The notes under the pieces: model-generated
What the model was told of the DNA's origin: nothing
Database searches by the model: none
What the model saw: the letters and a program-made list of their open reading frames with translations, nothing else
Part shown: one piece after another, positions 1-9,500 of the stretch
Position numbering within the stretch: the first letter of the stretch is position 1
How the letters are laid out: every line of letters begins with the position of its first letter
Program-made: the position numbers and the translations under genes
Assembly: GCA_963720545.1 (NCBI GenBank)
Contig: OY970399.1
Span: 1,152,001-1,216,000 of the forward strand
DNA: 64,000 nt
Reading direction: 5' to 3'
DNA from: an uncultured Acidobacteriota bacterium
GTDB lineage: Bacteria; Acidobacteriota; Vicinamibacteria; Fen-336

Positions 1-57
1 CTCCGAGCAGCGCCGAAAACCCGGTGCGTCGTAGCCAACCTCTATAATTGATCCCGG

Positions 58-2346
58 ATGGCAACCGCCTCGCGCGTCTACTCGCCACAACGCCTCCGGC
101 TGGTCCTGATCGTGCTCGCTCTCATCGCGCTGCCTTTCGTGGTGGGCTCGGGTGTCCTCATCTATTACTACGCCAGGTACAGCGCGATCGTCGACAAGCG
201 GCTGTCGGGCGAGCGCGCCTCGACCCCGGCGACCGTGTACTCGCGGCCCGTGGTGCTGCGCCCGGGATACGACATGACGCCCCGCGATCTCGCCCGGGTC
301 CTGAACGGACTGCGGTACGAAGAGAAGCAGGAGGGCGCGCCGGCGCCAGGCGAGTTCGTTGTGGATGCCGCCCGGGTGCTGTTCACGCCGCGCGACACGA
401 AGGGTGCGCCGCAGGAGACGATCGCCGCGGCGTTCGAGAAGGACAAGCTCAAGGCGCTCGAGGGACAGCGCACGCGCGGCGCGTTCAAGTCGGTCACGCT
501 CGAAAGCCAGCTTATCACCCAGCTTTCGGCGTCTCGCGAGAAGCGCCGCCGCATCCGCTACGAAGAGCTGCCGAAGACGCTGATCGAGGCGGTGCTCGCG
601 ATCGAAGACCGCCGCTTCTTCTCGCATCCCGGCCTCGATCCGTTCCGCATCGTCGGCGCCGCGGTGCGCAACTATCGCGCCGACAGCTATATCCAGGGCG
701 GCAGCACCATCACCCAGCAGCTGGTGAAGAACTTCTTCCTCACGCCGCAGCGCACCATGAAGCGCAAGGTGCAGGAAGCGCTCATCGCCTTCATCCTCGA
801 GCGTCATGCCACCAAGCAGGAGATCTTCGAGCTGTACCTGAACGAGATCTACCTCGGCCAGATCGGCTCGTTCGGCATCAACGGCGTCGGCGAGGCGGCG
901 CACTCGTACTTCCGCAAGGACGTGACCAACCTGACGCTCGAGGAATCGGCGCTGCTCGCCGGCATGATCCAGTCGCCCAACCCCTACAACCCGTTCCGTC
1001 ATCCCGAGCGCGCCAAGGAGCGGCGCGCCGTGGTGCTGCGCGCGATGGAGGATTCGGGCTTCATCGCCGACGCCGAGCGGGCACGCGCGCAGGAGGCGCC
1101 GCTGGTGGTGGAGGCGGGCGCGCTCGACGCAACCGAGGCGCCGTACTTCGTCGAGTTCGTGCAGGAAGAGCTCGCGCACCGCTACGACCTGGCGCGCACC
1201 CACGTCAACGACCTGGTGGTGCGCACCTCGCTCGACGTGCGGCTGCAGGCGATCGCGCAGCGCGCCTTGTCCGAGGGCCTCGCGAAGCTCGACGCCGGCT
1301 TCAAGAGCAAGCGCGCGAACCCGCTGCAGGGCGCGCTCGTGGCGCTCGAGCCGAAGACCGGCGCCATCGTCGCGTTCGTCGGCGGACGCGCGTATGGCCA
1401 GAGCCAGTACGACCGCGTCACCCAGGCGAAGCGGCAGACCGGCAGCACCTTCAAGCCGTTCGTTTACCTGGCAGCGTTCGAGTCGGGCTTCGAAGACCCC
1501 GACTCGCCGCCCATCACTCCGGCGACCGTCGTCGACGACACGCCTTCGGTGTTCTTCTACGGCGACAAGGAGTACATGCCGGAGAACTACGAAGACAACT
1601 ACATGGGACCGGTCACCATGCGCACGGCGCTCGCGCACAGCCTCAACGTGGCGACCGTGAAGGTGGCGGAGATGGTCGGCTTCGACGCGGTGGCACGCAC
1701 CTGGAACAAGAAGATCGCGGTGGGCGCGCCGGTGAAGGCGTATCCGGCGGTGGCGCTCGGCGCGTTCGAGGCCACGCCCATGGAGATGATCGCCGCCTAC
1801 AACGTGCTCGCCAACGACGGCGTGCGCGTGCCGCCGATGAGCGTTGCGGAAGTGGATGGCGACGGCAGCCGCCGCATCGACCCCAAGCCGCAGCCGGCGC
1901 CGGAGCGCGCGGTGCGCGCCGAGTCGTCGTTCATGGTGGTCAACATGATGCGCAGCGTCCTCAACTACGGCACCGCCGGCGGCGCGCGCCGCATGGGCTT
2001 CACCTACGACGGCGCCGGCAAGACCGGCACCACCAACGACCTGCGCGACGCCTGGTTCGCCGGCTTCGTTCCCAACCTGTTGTGCGTCGTGTGGGTCGGC
2101 TACGACGACAACACACCAGTGGGCTTGTCCGGCGCGAAAGCGGCGCTGCCGATCTGGGTCGAGTTCATGCGCCACGCGCTCGCCGGCGGCGACCCGGGAG
2201 TGTGGCGCACGCCGCCGAACATCGTGTTTCTCGACATCGACCGCGACACCGGCCTGCTCGCCGGGCCTGGCTGCACGCGCGTCATCGGCGAAGCGTTCGT
2301 CGCCGGCACCGAGCCGCACGAGGTCTGCCAGGGCCACTCGTACTAG
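58..2346 (+). CDS. mrcB: Class A penicillin-binding protein (PBP1B-like transglycosylase/transpeptidase)
   Basis: N-terminal TM helix; GT51 motifs EDRRF and GGSTITQQL; transpeptidase motifs STFK, SLN, KTG; UB2H-like insert after the TM. Confidence 0.88.
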   Translation: MATASRVYSPQRLRLVLIVLALIALPFVVGSGVLIYYYARYSAIVDKRLSGERASTPATVYSRPVVLRPGYDMTPRDLARVLNGLRYEEKQEGAPAPGEFVVDAARVLFTPRDTKGAPQETIAAAFEKDKLKALEGQRTRGAFKSVTLESQLITQLSASREKRRRIRYEELPKTLIEAVLAIEDRRFFSHPGLDPFRIVGAAVRNYRADSYIQGGSTITQQLVKNFFLTPQRTMKRKVQEALIAFILERHATKQEIFELYLNEIYLGQIGSFGINGVGEAAHSYFRKDVTNLTLEESALLAGMIQSPNPYNPFRHPERAKERRAVVLRAMEDSGFIADAERARAQEAPLVVEAGALDATEAPYFVEFVQEELAHRYDLARTHVNDLVVRTSLDVRLQAIAQRALSEGLAKLDAGFKSKRANPLQGALVALEPKTGAIVAFVGGRAYGQSQYDRVTQAKRQTGSTFKPFVYLAAFESGFEDPDSPPITPATVVDDTPSVFFYGDKEYMPENYEDNYMGPVTMRTALAHSLNVATVKVAEMVGFDAVARTWNKKIAVGAPVKAYPAVALGAFEATPMEMIAAYNVLANDGVRVPPMSVAEVDGDGSRRIDPKPQPAPERAVRAESSFMVVNMMRSVLNYGTAGGARRMGFTYDGAGKTGTTNDLRDAWFAGFVPNLLCVVWVGYDDNTPVGLSGAKAALPIWVEFMRHALAGGDPGVWRTPPNIVFLDIDRDTGLLAGPGCTRVIGEAFVAGTEPHEVCQGHSY

Positions 2347-2402
2347 GCTGCGGCGGGTCGCGCAGCTGTTGTACACTGGCCTGCGTCGCAACAAAGCCGC
2401 AA

Positions 2403-2477
2403 GGGCGCTTAACTCAGCGGTAGAGTGCCACCTTCACACGGTGGAAGTCGCAGGTTCAAACCCTGCAGCGCCCACCA
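2403..2477 (+). tRNA. tRNA-Val(CAC)
   Basis: Acceptor stem GGGCGCT/AGCGCCC, anticodon arm CCACC-TTCACAC-GGTGG, T-loop GGTTCAAA, encoded CCA. Confidence 0.96.
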
Positions 2478-2481
2478 TCCT

Positions 2482-3042
2482 TCATGCCTTGTCGTAGGCC
2501 TCTTTCAGCCAGCCGATCAGCGCGTCGTCGGCATCCGCCGCGCTCGCAACCCTCACGCGATGCGAGCACATGCCGCTGAAGCTGCCGGAGGCTTCGAGCC
2601 TGCCCTTCGGTGCGACGCCCTTGAGGTTGAGGCCGACATCGATCCGCGTTGCCGTCGAAGGCTGGATCATGGCGAACTGCTTGTTGCGCCGCAGGCTGAC
2701 GTAGGCGTTCTTCGGGCTGACGTCCACGTCCTTGCCGAAGCGCTTCACCTTGTCGATGATGCCGTCGTAGATCGGCCGCAAGCCGGCCTTGGCGCCGGAA
2801 TATTGCGCTGCCACCAGGTCGACGCCGGTGCCCGCGCGCGACACCGCATCCGAACCGCGCACCTGGTGCGCCACGAGGTTGGCATAGCCGTGCGTCAGCC
2901 CGTTCTTCTTCAGGTGCGCGACCATTTCACCGTGCGCCTGCCCGCCCGACTTCGCCACCTTTGTCCACTCGGCAAGCGAGCGCCCGGTCTTTTCCTTCAG
3001 CGCCTGCACCATCTTCGCGACGGTTTCGTCCGGGTCGGCCAT
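2482..3042 (-). CDS. DUF4287/DUF5655-like protein
   Basis: LKEKTGRSLAEW...HGEMVAHLK...GLTHGYANL N-terminal motif; YVSLRRNKQFA C-terminal domain. Confidence 0.75.
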   Translation of the reverse strand: MADPDETVAKMVQALKEKTGRSLAEWTKVAKSGGQAHGEMVAHLKKNGLTHGYANLVAHQVRGSDAVSRAGTGVDLVAAQYSGAKAGLRPIYDGIIDKVKRFGKDVDVSPKNAYVSLRRNKQFAMIQPSTATRIDVGLNLKGVAPKGRLEASGSFSGMCSHRVRVASAADADDALIGWLKEAYDKA

Positions 3043-3125
3043 CGTGCCTCCTGCGATAGAGCGGCTGTTGCAGTCCTGTTAAACGGCGATGCCGAATCCT
3101 TTTTCCAAAGCCGCGGGTTGGTAAC

Positions 3126-3848
3126 ATGGCCGCGGAGGTGCTGGTGAGGTTGCGGCGGTCTTTCCTGCTGTTGGCGCTCCTGCTCGCGCCCGCCGTGGCA
3201 ATGGCGCCGCCGCTCTTCGCCCAGGTGGCTGCAGCTCAATCGGGGGCCGGCACCCTGCGGGCGCGCTTCATCGGCAATGCGGCGTTCGAAATCACCGACG
3301 GGACGGCGACGCTGCTCACCGACTTCCCTTACAAGTCGGGCGCCTTCGGCTACATGACGTACCGGATGGAATCGGTGGCGCCGCAAGGCGATGTCCTCTG
3401 CCTCATCACCCATGCCCACGACGACCACTGGGACCCGCGCCTGTTTCGTCCCACGCGCTGGCAGGTAGCCGGGCCGCAGAGCGTCACCACTGGCATCGAG
3501 CCAAGCCGCGTCGTCCCTGTCTATCCGCGCGGCCGCTGGAAGTCGCTCATCATCGAGTCGCAGGAAACGCCGCACGAGCCGAAGGGCCACTACTCGTACC
3601 TGGTGCGCTGGCGCGGCCAGAAGCTCTACTTCACCGGCGACACCGAGCGGTCCGACCGCTTGCAGGCGACCGGGCCGGTGGACACGCTGTTCATCACCCC
3701 GTGGCTGCTGCGCAACTGCCTGAAAGCCGGCATCAAGCTGCAGGCGCGGCGCATCGTCATCTATCACCACGACGACAGCGAGCCGCTGCCCCAATGCGGA
3801 CCCAATTGTTCGGGTCCACGCCAGGGCGACGAGATCGTCCTGCGGTGA
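3126..3848 (+). CDS. Exported MBL-fold metallo-hydrolase (UlaG-like)
   Basis: Signal peptide; THAHDDH metal motif; YFTGDT. Confidence 0.8.
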   Translation: MAAEVLVRLRRSFLLLALLLAPAVAMAPPLFAQVAAAQSGAGTLRARFIGNAAFEITDGTATLLTDFPYKSGAFGYMTYRMESVAPQGDVLCLITHAHDDHWDPRLFRPTRWQVAGPQSVTTGIEPSRVVPVYPRGRWKSLIIESQETPHEPKGHYSYLVRWRGQKLYFTGDTERSDRLQATGPVDTLFITPWLLRNCLKAGIKLQARRIVIYHHDDSEPLPQCGPNCSGPRQGDEIVLR

Positions 3849-4552
3849 GCGGCGCCGCGCGACCGCAAAGGAGCTATCGCTACTACGACTTCGTGATGGC
3901 GGCGTTCGTCACGGTGCTGCTGTGCGGGAACCTGATCGGCGCAGCAAAGGCCTGCGAGGTCACGGTCTTCGGCAGGCCCTTCCAGTTCACCGCCGGGGTG
4001 CTTTTCTTCCCGCTGAGCTACATCTTTGGCGACATCCTCACCGAGGTCTACGGCTACGCGCGCGCCCGGCGCGTCGTCTGGGCCGGGTTCGCGGCGTTGC
4101 TGTTCGCCGCGTTCATGGCGTTGGTCGCGGTGCGGTTCCCGCCGGCGCCCGAGTGGCGGGGCCAGGCCGCGATCGAAAGCGTCTTCGGCTCCACGTGGCG
4201 CATTGTGCTCGCGTCGCTGGTCGCCTACTTCTGCGGCGAGTTCTGCAACTCGTTCGTGCTTGCCAAGATGAAGCTCGCCACCGGCGGCCGCATGCTCTGG
4301 TCGCGCACGATCGGCTCGACCGTCATCGGCGAGGCGGTGGACTCGATCATCTTTTATCCACTCGCCTTCTATGGCACCTGGCCCGATGCGCTTGTGCTCA
4401 AAGTCATGGCCGGCAACTACACCTTGAAGGTACTCTGGGAAGTGGTGAACACGCCGGTCACGTACCGCGTGGTCAACTTCCTGAAGCGGACCGAACACGA
4501 AGACTTCTTCGACAAGGACACCGACTTCACGCCGTTTTCGCTGCGCACGTAG
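3845..4552 (+). CDS. yhhQ: Queuosine precursor transporter (YhhQ/VUT family)
   Basis: Multi-TM; FPLSYIFGDILTEVYGYARARR signature; GTG start overlaps upstream TGA. Confidence 0.9.
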   Translation: MSGAARPQRSYRYYDFVMAAFVTVLLCGNLIGAAKACEVTVFGRPFQFTAGVLFFPLSYIFGDILTEVYGYARARRVVWAGFAALLFAAFMALVAVRFPPAPEWRGQAAIESVFGSTWRIVLASLVAYFCGEFCNSFVLAKMKLATGGRMLWSRTIGSTVIGEAVDSIIFYPLAFYGTWPDALVLKVMAGNYTLKVLWEVVNTPVTYRVVNFLKRTEHEDFFDKDTDFTPFSLRT

Positions 4553-4567
4553 GAGGCACACGTCGCA

Positions 4568-4954
4568 ATGGCCGCCGGCATCCGTACCTGGCACTGCGCA
4601 TCCTGCGACCGCCGCGTGCCGCTCGAGCTGGACACCTGCCGCTGCGGCGCGGCGCGGCCCATGCCACCGGCGCCGGTGCGCCTGCAGCCCGTCGCTGCGC
4701 CGCGCGCACCGCGCAGCGGCGGAAGCGGCTGGCGCCTGCCCCAGGCGGGGCCCGTCCTGCGCAGCGCGCTGGCGCCGGAGTATCGGCGGCTGACGATCGG
4801 CGTGACGATCGGGACGCTGTTGCTGCTGGCCGCGCTCTACCGCGCCGTCACCGCGCCGCCGCCGCCGCCGATCGTACCGCTCCTCGGCAGTTCGGCAGAG
4901 GGCGAGCAGCAGGCGCCGCGCAAGCCGGCACAGCCAACGCCCACGCCGCGTTAG
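4568..4954 (+). CDS. Hypothetical membrane protein with N-terminal zinc-ribbon-like motif
   Basis: GGAGG RBS; WHCASC...CRCG; one TM helix; Pro-rich tail. Confidence 0.55.
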   Translation: MAAGIRTWHCASCDRRVPLELDTCRCGAARPMPPAPVRLQPVAAPRAPRSGGSGWRLPQAGPVLRSALAPEYRRLTIGVTIGTLLLLAALYRAVTAPPPPPIVPLLGSSAEGEQQAPRKPAQPTPTPR

Positions 4955-5308
4955 CTAGCGCGGCAGCCGGCTGGCGACGAACTTCATCAGCAGCTCGCGC
5001 TGCGCGTGCTGCATCCCGACGAACTCCATGCCGACCATGTAGACCGCCTGGCCTTCGGGGTCCTCGCGGCGCTGCGTGTCGCGCACCACGGCTGTCGCGT
5101 CGAACTCCTCGCCCATCAACATGAGCGTCACGGCGTACGTGGTGCCGGGCTGCGGCGCAAACCGCATCCACACGCCGAGTCCGCCGGCCGAGATTTCGTG
5201 GACGTCCGCCTCGAGCGAGAGCCGGGCCGACCACAGGCCGAGCGTCTCGACCCGCCGCGCTTCACGCGGCAGCGTCCATTCGGATTCGGCCGCTTCGTCC
5301 GACGTCAG
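4955..5308 (-). CDS. PilZ-like domain protein (probable CTG start)
   Basis: Frame is open upstream of the ORF-track start; PREARRVE and HEISAGGLG motifs; VGMEF C-terminal strand. Confidence 0.6.
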   Translation of the reverse strand: MTSDEAAESEWTLPREARRVETLGLWSARLSLEADVHEISAGGLGVWMRFAPQPGTTYAVTLMLMGEEFDATAVVRDTQRREDPEGQAVYMVGMEFVGMQHAQRELLMKFVASRLPR

Positions 5309-5676
5309 AACTCCTCCTCGCTGCCCTTCATCGACTGCACGATGCGCTTCAACGTGTCGGCGATCTCATCGGGCACCGGCTCGAACGACAGCGCCGCGCG
5401 GTAACGGATGCGGCCCTCGCCATCCTGCTGGGTGGTCACTTTGTGCACGTAGCTTCTCACCACTCGCGCGCGCAGCAACATCGGCTTCGCCTTCTCCAGG
5501 CCGAGCTGGATGGTATACAAAGCGCCGGGCCGCAGCACTGCGGGCGACTCGATGAGGATGCCGCGCTCCGAGATGTTGAGGATCGGCGCAGCCTTGATTG
5601 CGTGAATGCTGCCGATCACGTCGCCAAGCGCAGGAACACGGGCGTTGCGGCGACGCTCCACCCTTCTCTCTGCCAC
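5305..5676 (-). CDS. PilZ domain protein
   Basis: ERRRNAR (RxxxR) and NISERG (D/NxSxxG) c-di-GMP motifs; start codon uncertain. Confidence 0.78.
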   Translation of the reverse strand: MAERRVERRRNARVPALGDVIGSIHAIKAAPILNISERGILIESPAVLRPGALYTIQLGLEKAKPMLLRARVVRSYVHKVTTQQDGEGRIRYRAALSFEPVPDEIADTLKRIVQSMKGSEEEF

Positions 5677-5801
5677 TTGCCCGCTTTCTCCCCTGACATA
5701 GGATCGACTCTCGAGGCGCCCTGTCCGGGCGAGTGAAGAATAGGTGTGACGCCGTCTCGTGGTCAAGGACGCTCGAAGCAACTTGTGACTAAGCTTGTGT
5801 C

Positions 5802-6281
5802 ATGGACGACGCGACGACCGGCCCGCAGAGCCTGCAGGAGCGCTACGCGCCGGAGAGCCGCTGCTTCGGGTGTGGTCCGCAGAACGATCAAGGCTTACAC
5901 ATCAGGAGCTTTGCGGAGGGTCAGGAATGTATCGCGGACTTCATTCCGGCAGTACAGCATGAAGCGTTTCCGGGCATGCTCAACGGCGGCATTATCGGCG
6001 CGCTTCTCGATTGTCACTCCAACTGGACTGCGGCCATCCACCTCATGAATGGCTCCGGGCGCGACACGCCGCCGTGCACCGTGACCGCCGAGTTCCACGT
6101 CAAGCTGCGCCGGCCCACGCCGACCGGCGGGCCAGTGCGGCTGCGCGCGCACGTTGTCGAGTCGTCGGCCGACCGCGCCACCGTCGAGGCCACACTCGAA
6201 GCGGACGGCGTCATCACCTCCACCTGCCGCGGTGTGTTCGTCGCCGTGAAGGAAGGTCATCCCGCATTCGGCAGGTGGTAG
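5802..6281 (+). CDS. PaaI/hotdog-fold thioesterase
   Basis: CFGCGPQNDQGL and PGMLNGGIIGALLD motifs. Confidence 0.85.
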   Translation: MDDATTGPQSLQERYAPESRCFGCGPQNDQGLHIRSFAEGQECIADFIPAVQHEAFPGMLNGGIIGALLDCHSNWTAAIHLMNGSGRDTPPCTVTAEFHVKLRRPTPTGGPVRLRAHVVESSADRATVEATLEADGVITSTCRGVFVAVKEGHPAFGRW

Positions 6282-6293
6282 CCTCGGCGATCA

Positions 6294-7013
6294 ATGGCCA
6301 CCGATTCACCCGCATCGCCGCGTCCGCTGCTCGACTTCGGACGTGCCTTCCAGTTCTTCTTCGAGGATCGTGAGTGGGTGAAGAAGATCCTCATCGGCAG
6401 CGGGCTGGTCCTGCTCGGCATCGTGCTGGTGGGCAGCATCCTGCTGGCCGGCTACCTGTTGCGCCTCATTCGCAGGAGCGCCGCGGGTGACGCGCTGCCG
6501 CTGCCCGAGTTCGACGACTGGGGCGGCATGCTGGTTGACGGCCTGCGAATGGCCGCCGTCTACCTCGGGCACCTCCTGGCGGTGCTCGCGGCGCCGATGC
6601 TCATGTTCGCCGTCGCTTTCCTGATGACCGGCAGTTTCGCCGGCGACAACCGCGGCGCCGGCCCGGTCTTCGGCTTCATCATCGCATTCGCATACCTCGT
6701 GATGATGGTCCTGATGCTGCTGGTGTTTCTGTACGTGCCCGCTGCGCTCGCCCGCCTCGCGCAAACCGACAGCGTCGGCGCCGCCTTCGACGTGCGCGCG
6801 AACATCGCCTTCATCCGCCGCAACGTCGCGAACTACGGCATCACGCTCCTCCTCTATCTCGTGACGAGCTTCGTCGGCCAGTTCGGCGTGCTGCTGTGCT
6901 GTGTCGGCGTGCTGCCGGCGAGCTTCTGGGCGGCGTGCGTCGCTTCGTGGGGTGTCGGCCAGGTGTTGCGCCTCGACACGCAGCCGCAGCCGGTGCTGGC
7001 GAGGACCTCGTGA
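6294..7013 (+). CDS. DUF4013-like membrane protein
   Basis: WVKKILIG...GYLLR...LPEFDDWGGMLVDG motif; several TM helices. Confidence 0.75.
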   Translation: MATDSPASPRPLLDFGRAFQFFFEDREWVKKILIGSGLVLLGIVLVGSILLAGYLLRLIRRSAAGDALPLPEFDDWGGMLVDGLRMAAVYLGHLLAVLAAPMLMFAVAFLMTGSFAGDNRGAGPVFGFIIAFAYLVMMVLMLLVFLYVPAALARLAQTDSVGAAFDVRANIAFIRRNVANYGITLLLYLVTSFVGQFGVLLCCVGVLPASFWAACVASWGVGQVLRLDTQPQPVLARTS

Positions 7014-7393
7014 CGGACGCCGTCACCGAAGGCATCCGCGTCTCGGTGCAGACGCTTTACGTCGCCGAGCGCAGCGACCCGAAGGCCGGCCACTACTTTT
7101 TCGCGTACCACATCACGATCACCAACGAGGGCACCGAACCGGCGCGGCTCCTGAGCCGCAAGTGGATCATCACCGATGGCGACGGCGAGGTTTCGACCGT
7201 GGAAGGGCCCGGCGTCATCGGCGAACAGCCGCGCCTCGAACCCGGAGCCGCGCACGACTACACGAGCTTCTGCCCGCTGCCGACGCCGGTGGGTTCGATG
7301 CACGGGACCTACACGATGGTGCGTGACGACGGCCGTTCGTTCGAGGCGGTGATCACGCCATTCACGCTCGCGGTCAAGACCGCCCTGAATTAG
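7010..7393 (+). CDS. apaG: ApaG protein
   Basis: FAYHITITN, RKWIITD, GPGVIGEQP, GSMHGTY. Confidence 0.93.
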   Translation: MTDAVTEGIRVSVQTLYVAERSDPKAGHYFFAYHITITNEGTEPARLLSRKWIITDGDGEVSTVEGPGVIGEQPRLEPGAAHDYTSFCPLPTPVGSMHGTYTMVRDDGRSFEAVITPFTLAVKTALN

Positions 7394-7407
7394 CTACGAT
7401 TGAGGCC

Positions 7408-8778
7408 ATGGACAACCGCGCCCGCCTGATCGCCGTCCTGGTCCTGAGCCTCGTTGGCGCCGCCATCTCCTGGACGCTGCTGCAGCAGCATCACGGCGAG
7501 GCCTGGGGCAGCGCCGCCATCTCGGCTGTCTGCGGCGCCGGCGAATCGGGATGCGATGTCGTCAACCGCAGCTCGTGGTCGTCGCTCGGCGGCGTGCCGG
7601 TGGCGGCCATCGGCATGGTCTTCTATCTCTCGCTCGCCGCCTTGTCGCTGCTCGCGTGGCTGTCGAGCCGCGCCACGGCCGCGGCAGCGGTGAAGTGGGC
7701 GCTGCTGCTGGTCGGCGCCGCGATCTTCGTCGACGGGCTGCTGCTCGCCGTGCAGGTGGTGTCCCTGAAGGCGTTCTGCAAGGCGTGCCTCGCGACCTAC
7801 GCGGTCAACATCGTGATCTTCCTGGTGCTGCGCTTCATGGGCAAGGGCAAGAGCAAGGAAGAGGAAGCCATAGAAACAGCCACAAGCGACAGCAGGCTGT
7901 TCATAGGCGGCTGGGCCGCGGCAACCCTGCTCGCCGCGAGCTTCGCCTGGGCCACCGAAAGCCGGCTGCAGGACCGCCAGGCGCAGCGCGAGCGCGGCGT
8001 CCTCGGCGACAGCAGCGCGGCGTCTGCGAGCGCGGCCGCGCGCGAGCCCATCGGCAACGACGTGGACACCCTGCGCGCCGAGGTGGCGCGGCTGCGCGGC
8101 GCGCTCGACGATCCCGACAAGCGCCAGCGCTACGACACCGACAAGGCGGTAGGTGAATACCAGCGCGCGCCAGTGCAGAGCCTCGACCTGAGCGCAGCGC
8201 CCTTCGAAGGCCCGGCCGAAGCGCCGATCACCGTCGTCGCCTACTCCGATTTCCTGTGCCCGTTCTGCCAAAGCATCGCGAGCGCCTTCCAGCAATACAT
8301 CGCAAGCGAAGGGCGGGGTCGGGTCAAGATCTACTACAAGCACTTCCCGCTCGACATGGAGTGCAACAAGTCGATGAAACAGACGGTGCACGGCGGTGCC
8401 TGCCGCCTCGCCCTCGGCGGCGTGTGCGCGAACGAGCAGGGCAAGTTCTGGCCATATCACAACCGCGTGTTCGCGAACGCCAGGCAGCTCAACAACCCGC
8501 AGGTCGCCGACGTGGTGCGCCTCGCCGGCCAGGCGGGGCTCGACACCGCAAAGATGCAGGCCTGCCTCGCCTCGCCCGCGGCGGCGCAGCGCTTGCAAGT
8601 GGACGTAGGCGAAGGCGAGCGCATCGGCGTCTCGGCGACGCCGACGCTGCTCATCAACGGCAAGAAGATGACTCGCGTCAACGACTTCCTCGAGATCGTC
8701 AACCGCGAGGCGAAGCGCCTCGGCCTTGGCGAACCTCCCCCGCCGATGCTCGCGCGGCCGACACCGGCAACCCATTGA
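7408..8778 (+). CDS. VKOR-DsbA/thioredoxin fusion (disulfide bond formation)
   Basis: VKOR loop Cys pair (VC..SGCDVV) and CKAC; C-terminal DsbA-like DFLCPFC and ATPT. Confidence 0.87.
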   Translation: MDNRARLIAVLVLSLVGAAISWTLLQQHHGEAWGSAAISAVCGAGESGCDVVNRSSWSSLGGVPVAAIGMVFYLSLAALSLLAWLSSRATAAAAVKWALLLVGAAIFVDGLLLAVQVVSLKAFCKACLATYAVNIVIFLVLRFMGKGKSKEEEAIETATSDSRLFIGGWAAATLLAASFAWATESRLQDRQAQRERGVLGDSSAASASAAAREPIGNDVDTLRAEVARLRGALDDPDKRQRYDTDKAVGEYQRAPVQSLDLSAAPFEGPAEAPITVVAYSDFLCPFCQSIASAFQQYIASEGRGRVKIYYKHFPLDMECNKSMKQTVHGGACRLALGGVCANEQGKFWPYHNRVFANARQLNNPQVADVVRLAGQAGLDTAKMQACLASPAAAQRLQVDVGEGERIGVSATPTLLINGKKMTRVNDFLEIVNREAKRLGLGEPPPPMLARPTPATH

Positions 8779-9167
8779 CCAGGGAACGCCTCAACATCGC
8801 GACGGGCACGCCGTGGGAGCCGGTCGTCGGCTACGCACGCGCGGTGCGGATTGGCGACCACGTCTGGGTCTCGGGATGTACGGCGACTGCGGCCGACGGC
8901 AGCATCGTCGGCATCGGCGACGTCTACGCCCAGGCGGTGCAGACCCTGCGCAACGTCGAATCGGCCCTCACCCGCTGCGGCGTCACGCTCAAGGACGTGG
9001 TCCGGACCCGCATGTTCGTGGTGGACATCAAGGAATGGGAAAAGGTCGGCCGCGCCCACGGCGAATTCTTCAAGGACATCCGCCCCGCGACGTCGATGCT
9101 GGAAGTTAAGGCCCTGATCTCACCGGAAATACTGGTCGAGATCGAAGCCGAAGCCTACGTCTGCTAG
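8775..9167 (+). CDS. RidA/YjgF family protein
   Basis: [36 protein letters not shown] start overlapping upstream stop. Confidence 0.9.
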   Translation: MTRERLNIATGTPWEPVVGYARAVRIGDHVWVSGCTATAADGSIVGIGDVYAQAVQTLRNVESALTRCGVTLKDVVRTRMFVVDIKEWEKVGRAHGEFFKDIRPATSMLEVKALISPEILVEIEAEAYVC

Positions 9168-9186
9168 CATTTCCGTTCCCGCCCAG

Positions 9187-9262
9187 GCCGGCGTAGCTCA
9201 GTTGGTAGAGCAGCTGATTCGTAATCAGCAGGTCATCGGTTCAAGTCCGATCGCCGGCTCCA
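9187..9262 (+). tRNA. tRNA-Thr(CGT)
   Basis: Acceptor stem GCCGGCG/CGCCGGC, anticodon arm CTGAT-TCGTA-ATCAG region with CGT anticodon, GGTTCAAGT T-loop, encoded CCA. Confidence 0.96.
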
Positions 9263-9500
9263 TCCTTTGGTAACGGCTCAAAAGCATGTTTTCGGGTTTC
9301 ACATTTCAGCCCGGAAGGTGGTACCGGCAACCTTCATCGTAGCCTGGTGCCCGCCGATCGAACCGTTGACCTGCCGCGGCGACTCCAAGTGATCCGGAAC
9401 CCGCGCCGAGAAGTCTCTCTTCGTCGAGCAACGGCGGTTGTTGCGCATAATCAGCAGGAATGCATTTCGAGCTTCGGAAGCTCGACGATGCGTGGATGCA

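Noticed and set aside
48..2423. Long alternative-frame and antisense ORFs (e.g. 48-2423, 40180-43143, 55621-58080, 60987-62571)
   Set aside because: Arg/Gly/Ala-rich shadows of real genes, expected from high-GC codon bias; no family motifs
2478..3125. Integration at tRNA-Val
   Set aside because: Neighbouring gene has backbone-like codon style; no integrase or duplicated tRNA end seen
3780..3850. preQ1 riboswitch upstream of yhhQ
   Set aside because: yhhQ overlaps the upstream stop; no intergenic space or recognisable aptamer
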